Shown here: in pieces, positions 61,659 to 64,000 of the stretch
Numbering within the stretch: the first letter of the stretch is position 1
Layout: the number at the start of each line of letters is the position of its first letter
Assembly: GCF_009914755.1 (NCBI RefSeq)
Contig: NC_060944.1
Length of the DNA: 64,000 bases
Source of the DNA: the human T2T-CHM13v2.0 reference genome, Homo sapiens
Strand: one strand, 5' to 3'
Translations under genes and position numbers: made by a program
The notes under the pieces: model-generated
Database searches by the model: none
What the model was told of the DNA's origin: nothing
Seen by the model: only the letters and a program-made list of their open reading frames with translations

Positions 61659-62599
61659 TCGCGGGGCACTTCTCTGGGACCTGGGTCTGCGAGGGTCTCC
61701 AGGAGGCGCCGGGCGTTCGGGACCCAGACGGTGCCAGGGCTTTAGGAGCCCCCCTCCCCGACCCAATATGACTCCAGCTCGTTGCAAACAGACTGAATCT
61801 CCTCTCCCAGGGCCACCAGCACCTGAGCGTGTACAGAGCATGGATGGGCCCCGAAACTCTCATTTCTTGTTGCCAAATTAAATCCAGGCAAATGCCAGCA
61901 TGCTTAGACACAAACGACCATTTATTTCACACGAAACGAGGAGAAATTGTTGATGCAGCCACCTCGGGGGTGTGCGGGTCAGAGGGTCAGAGGACGGCCT
62001 CGGGGAGGCTGGCGGAGGGCGAGGCCCCAGTGGGCAGGGCTGCACCGTCTGCCACCCTTGGCTGTGGGAGGCGCAGCTGCGGGCTCGGGCCCTGGTCGTC
62101 CGTGTGACTTGTCCCCACCTGGCACGAGTGCTGCCTTTGGTGCCTTGGGATCTGCTGTGGGGCCAGGGGCTCAGTGCTGTGTCCTCCAAAGCTGCTGCTG
62201 AGTCTCTGCAACCTCTGAGGTGGCTGCAATGTCAGGCCCCCAGGGACCCGGGCCTCAGGGGAGGGCCAGGAGGAAGGTCTTGAAGTATTTGATACTTGGG
62301 GACGGGTCTCCCAAGCATAACTTCCCGCAGAGCCACAGCCACCAAATCACTCTGGAGAAAAGCACCAGGGGGAGGGGCCACGGGAGCGGAGCACAGACCC
62401 CGGCTGCCCTCGCATACCCAGAGGAGCGTGTTCGTCTCCACAGCAGCTCCGAGGATGCGCTGGCTGGAGACAGTTCAGAAAGTCGGAAACGTCAAAGGGG
62501 GCGATGCCACAGTGTCATTCTGTCTGTGGAGCCCTAAAGTGTCAGCCCAGGGGGTGGTTCTGGGGTCTCTGGAGGAACATCCTGTGTAGCAGGGGAAGG

Positions 62600-63975
62600 G
62601 GGGGTGGGTGTGGGGGATGGGTGGGTGTTGGGATGGGTGGGTGTTGGGGATGGGAGAGTGTTGGGGTGGGTGGGTGTTGGGGTGGGTCCGTATTGGGGAT
62701 GGGTGGGTGTTGGGGTGGGTGGGTGTTGGGGTGGGTCCGTGTTGGCGTGTGTGGGTGTTGGGATGGCTGGGTGTTGGGGATGGGAGAGTGTTGGGGTGGG
62801 TGGGTGTTGGGGTGGGTGGGTGTTGGGGATGGGTGGGTGTTGGGGTGGGTGGGTGTTGGGATGGGTGGCTGTTGGGATGGGTCCGTGTTGGGGTGGGTGG
62901 GTGTTGGGATGGCTGGGTGTTGGGGATGGGAGAGTGTTGGGGTGGGTCCGTGTTGGGGTGGGTGGGTGTTGGGGTGGGTGGGTGTTGGGATGGGTGGCTG
63001 TTGGGATGGGTCCGTGTTGGGGTGGGTGGGTGTTGGGATGGCTGGGTGTTGGGGATGGGAGAGTGTTGGGGATGGGTGGGTGTTGGGGTGGGTGGCTGTT
63101 GGGGTGGGTGGCTGTTGGGGTGGGTCCTTGTTGGGGTGGGTGGGTGTTGGGATGGCTGGGTGTTGGGGATGGGAGAGTGTTGGGGTGGGTGGGTGTTGGG
63201 GTGGGTCCGTGTTGGGGATGGGTGGGTGTTGGGATGGGTGGCTGTTGGGGTGGGTCCGTGTTGGGGTGGGTGGGTGTTGGGATGGCTGGGTGTTGGGGAT
63301 GGGAGAGTGTTGGGGTGGGTGGGTGTTGGGGTGGGTATGTGTTGGGATGGGTGGGTGTTGGGGATGGGTGGGTGTGGGGGTGGGTGGGTGTTGGGATGGG
63401 TCCATGTTGGGGATGGGTGGGTGTTGGGATGGGTGGGTGTTGGGGTGGGTGGGTGTTGGGATGGGTCTGTGTTGGGGATGGGTGCGTGTTGGGGATGGGT
63501 GGGTGTTTGGATGGTTGGGTGTTGGGGATGGGTGGGTGTTGGGGTGGGTGGGTGTTGGGATGGGTCCGTGTTGGGGATGGGTGCGTGTTGGGGTGGGTGG
63601 GTGTTGGGGTGGGTGGGTGTTGGGATGGGTGGGTGTTGGGAATGGGCGGGTCCGTGTTGGGATGGGTGGGTGGTGGGGATGGGTGGGTGTTGGGGTGCAT
63701 GGGTGTTGGGGTGGGTGGGTGTTGGGATGGGTGGGTGTTGGGGATGGGTGAGTGTTGCATTGAGTGGGTGTTGGGATGGGTCTATGTTGGGGTGGGTGGG
63801 TGTTGGGGTGGGTCGGTGTTGGGATGGTTGGGTGTTGGGGTGGGTGGGTGTTGGGGTGGGTAAGTGTTGGGGATGGGTGGTTGTTGGGGTTGGTCCGTGT
63901 TGGCAATGGGTGGGTGAGTTTTGGGGATGGGTGGGTGTTGGGGTGGGTCGGTGTTGGGATGGGTCAGTATTGGGA
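62600..63975. repeat. Large G/T-rich minisatellite (GGGTGGGTGTTGGG(G)(A)T variants), ~1.4 kb
   Basis: Directly visible; produces spurious GW-rich and PTH-rich ORFs. Confidence 0.95.
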
Positions 63976-64000
63976 TGGCCGCTGGAGGGTGGGGGCAGCT

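Noticed and set aside
62504-63906. 400-450-aa GW-rich and PTH-rich ORFs
   Set aside because: Translation of a G/T minisatellite; open in several frames on both strands.

Overview
This is GC-rich mammalian genomic DNA, recognisably the human GATA5 locus (20q13.33). The only protein-coding gene I can support is GATA5 on the minus strand. It has a non-coding exon 1 (~40905-40970) and six coding exons (40496-39974, 38553-38378, 31526-31401, 30896-30809, 30439-30315, 29966-29811). These splice through canonical GT/AG sites into 1194 nt (397 aa plus stop) with two C-X2-C-X17-C-X2-C GATA zinc fingers. There is a 3' UTR with AATAAA at 28455-28460 and a CpG-island promoter. The rest is intergenic or intronic: Alus, L1/MIR remnants, MER41/MLT1/MLT2A1/LTR33 LTRs, MER53/MER5A DNA elements, many minisatellites and several AT-rich motif clusters that look like enhancers. 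I found no convincing new gene or foreign insert. The most interesting observations are: (i) a repeat-spacer array just upstream of the promoter, built by triplicating an Alu target-site flank plus its tail; (ii) a minisatellite whose single-unit ancestor survives in a paralogous copy 3 kb away; (iii) a fully in-frame, stop-free 5' leader and intron 1 with a GTG in strong context; (iv) an AUGA uORF/Met219 overlap relevant to a one-finger isoform; (v) GATA autoregulatory motif clusters, a MEF2/STAT cluster and a consensus CTCF site. Repeat subfamily calls and motif functions are by eye and need RepeatMasker/ChIP confirmation.
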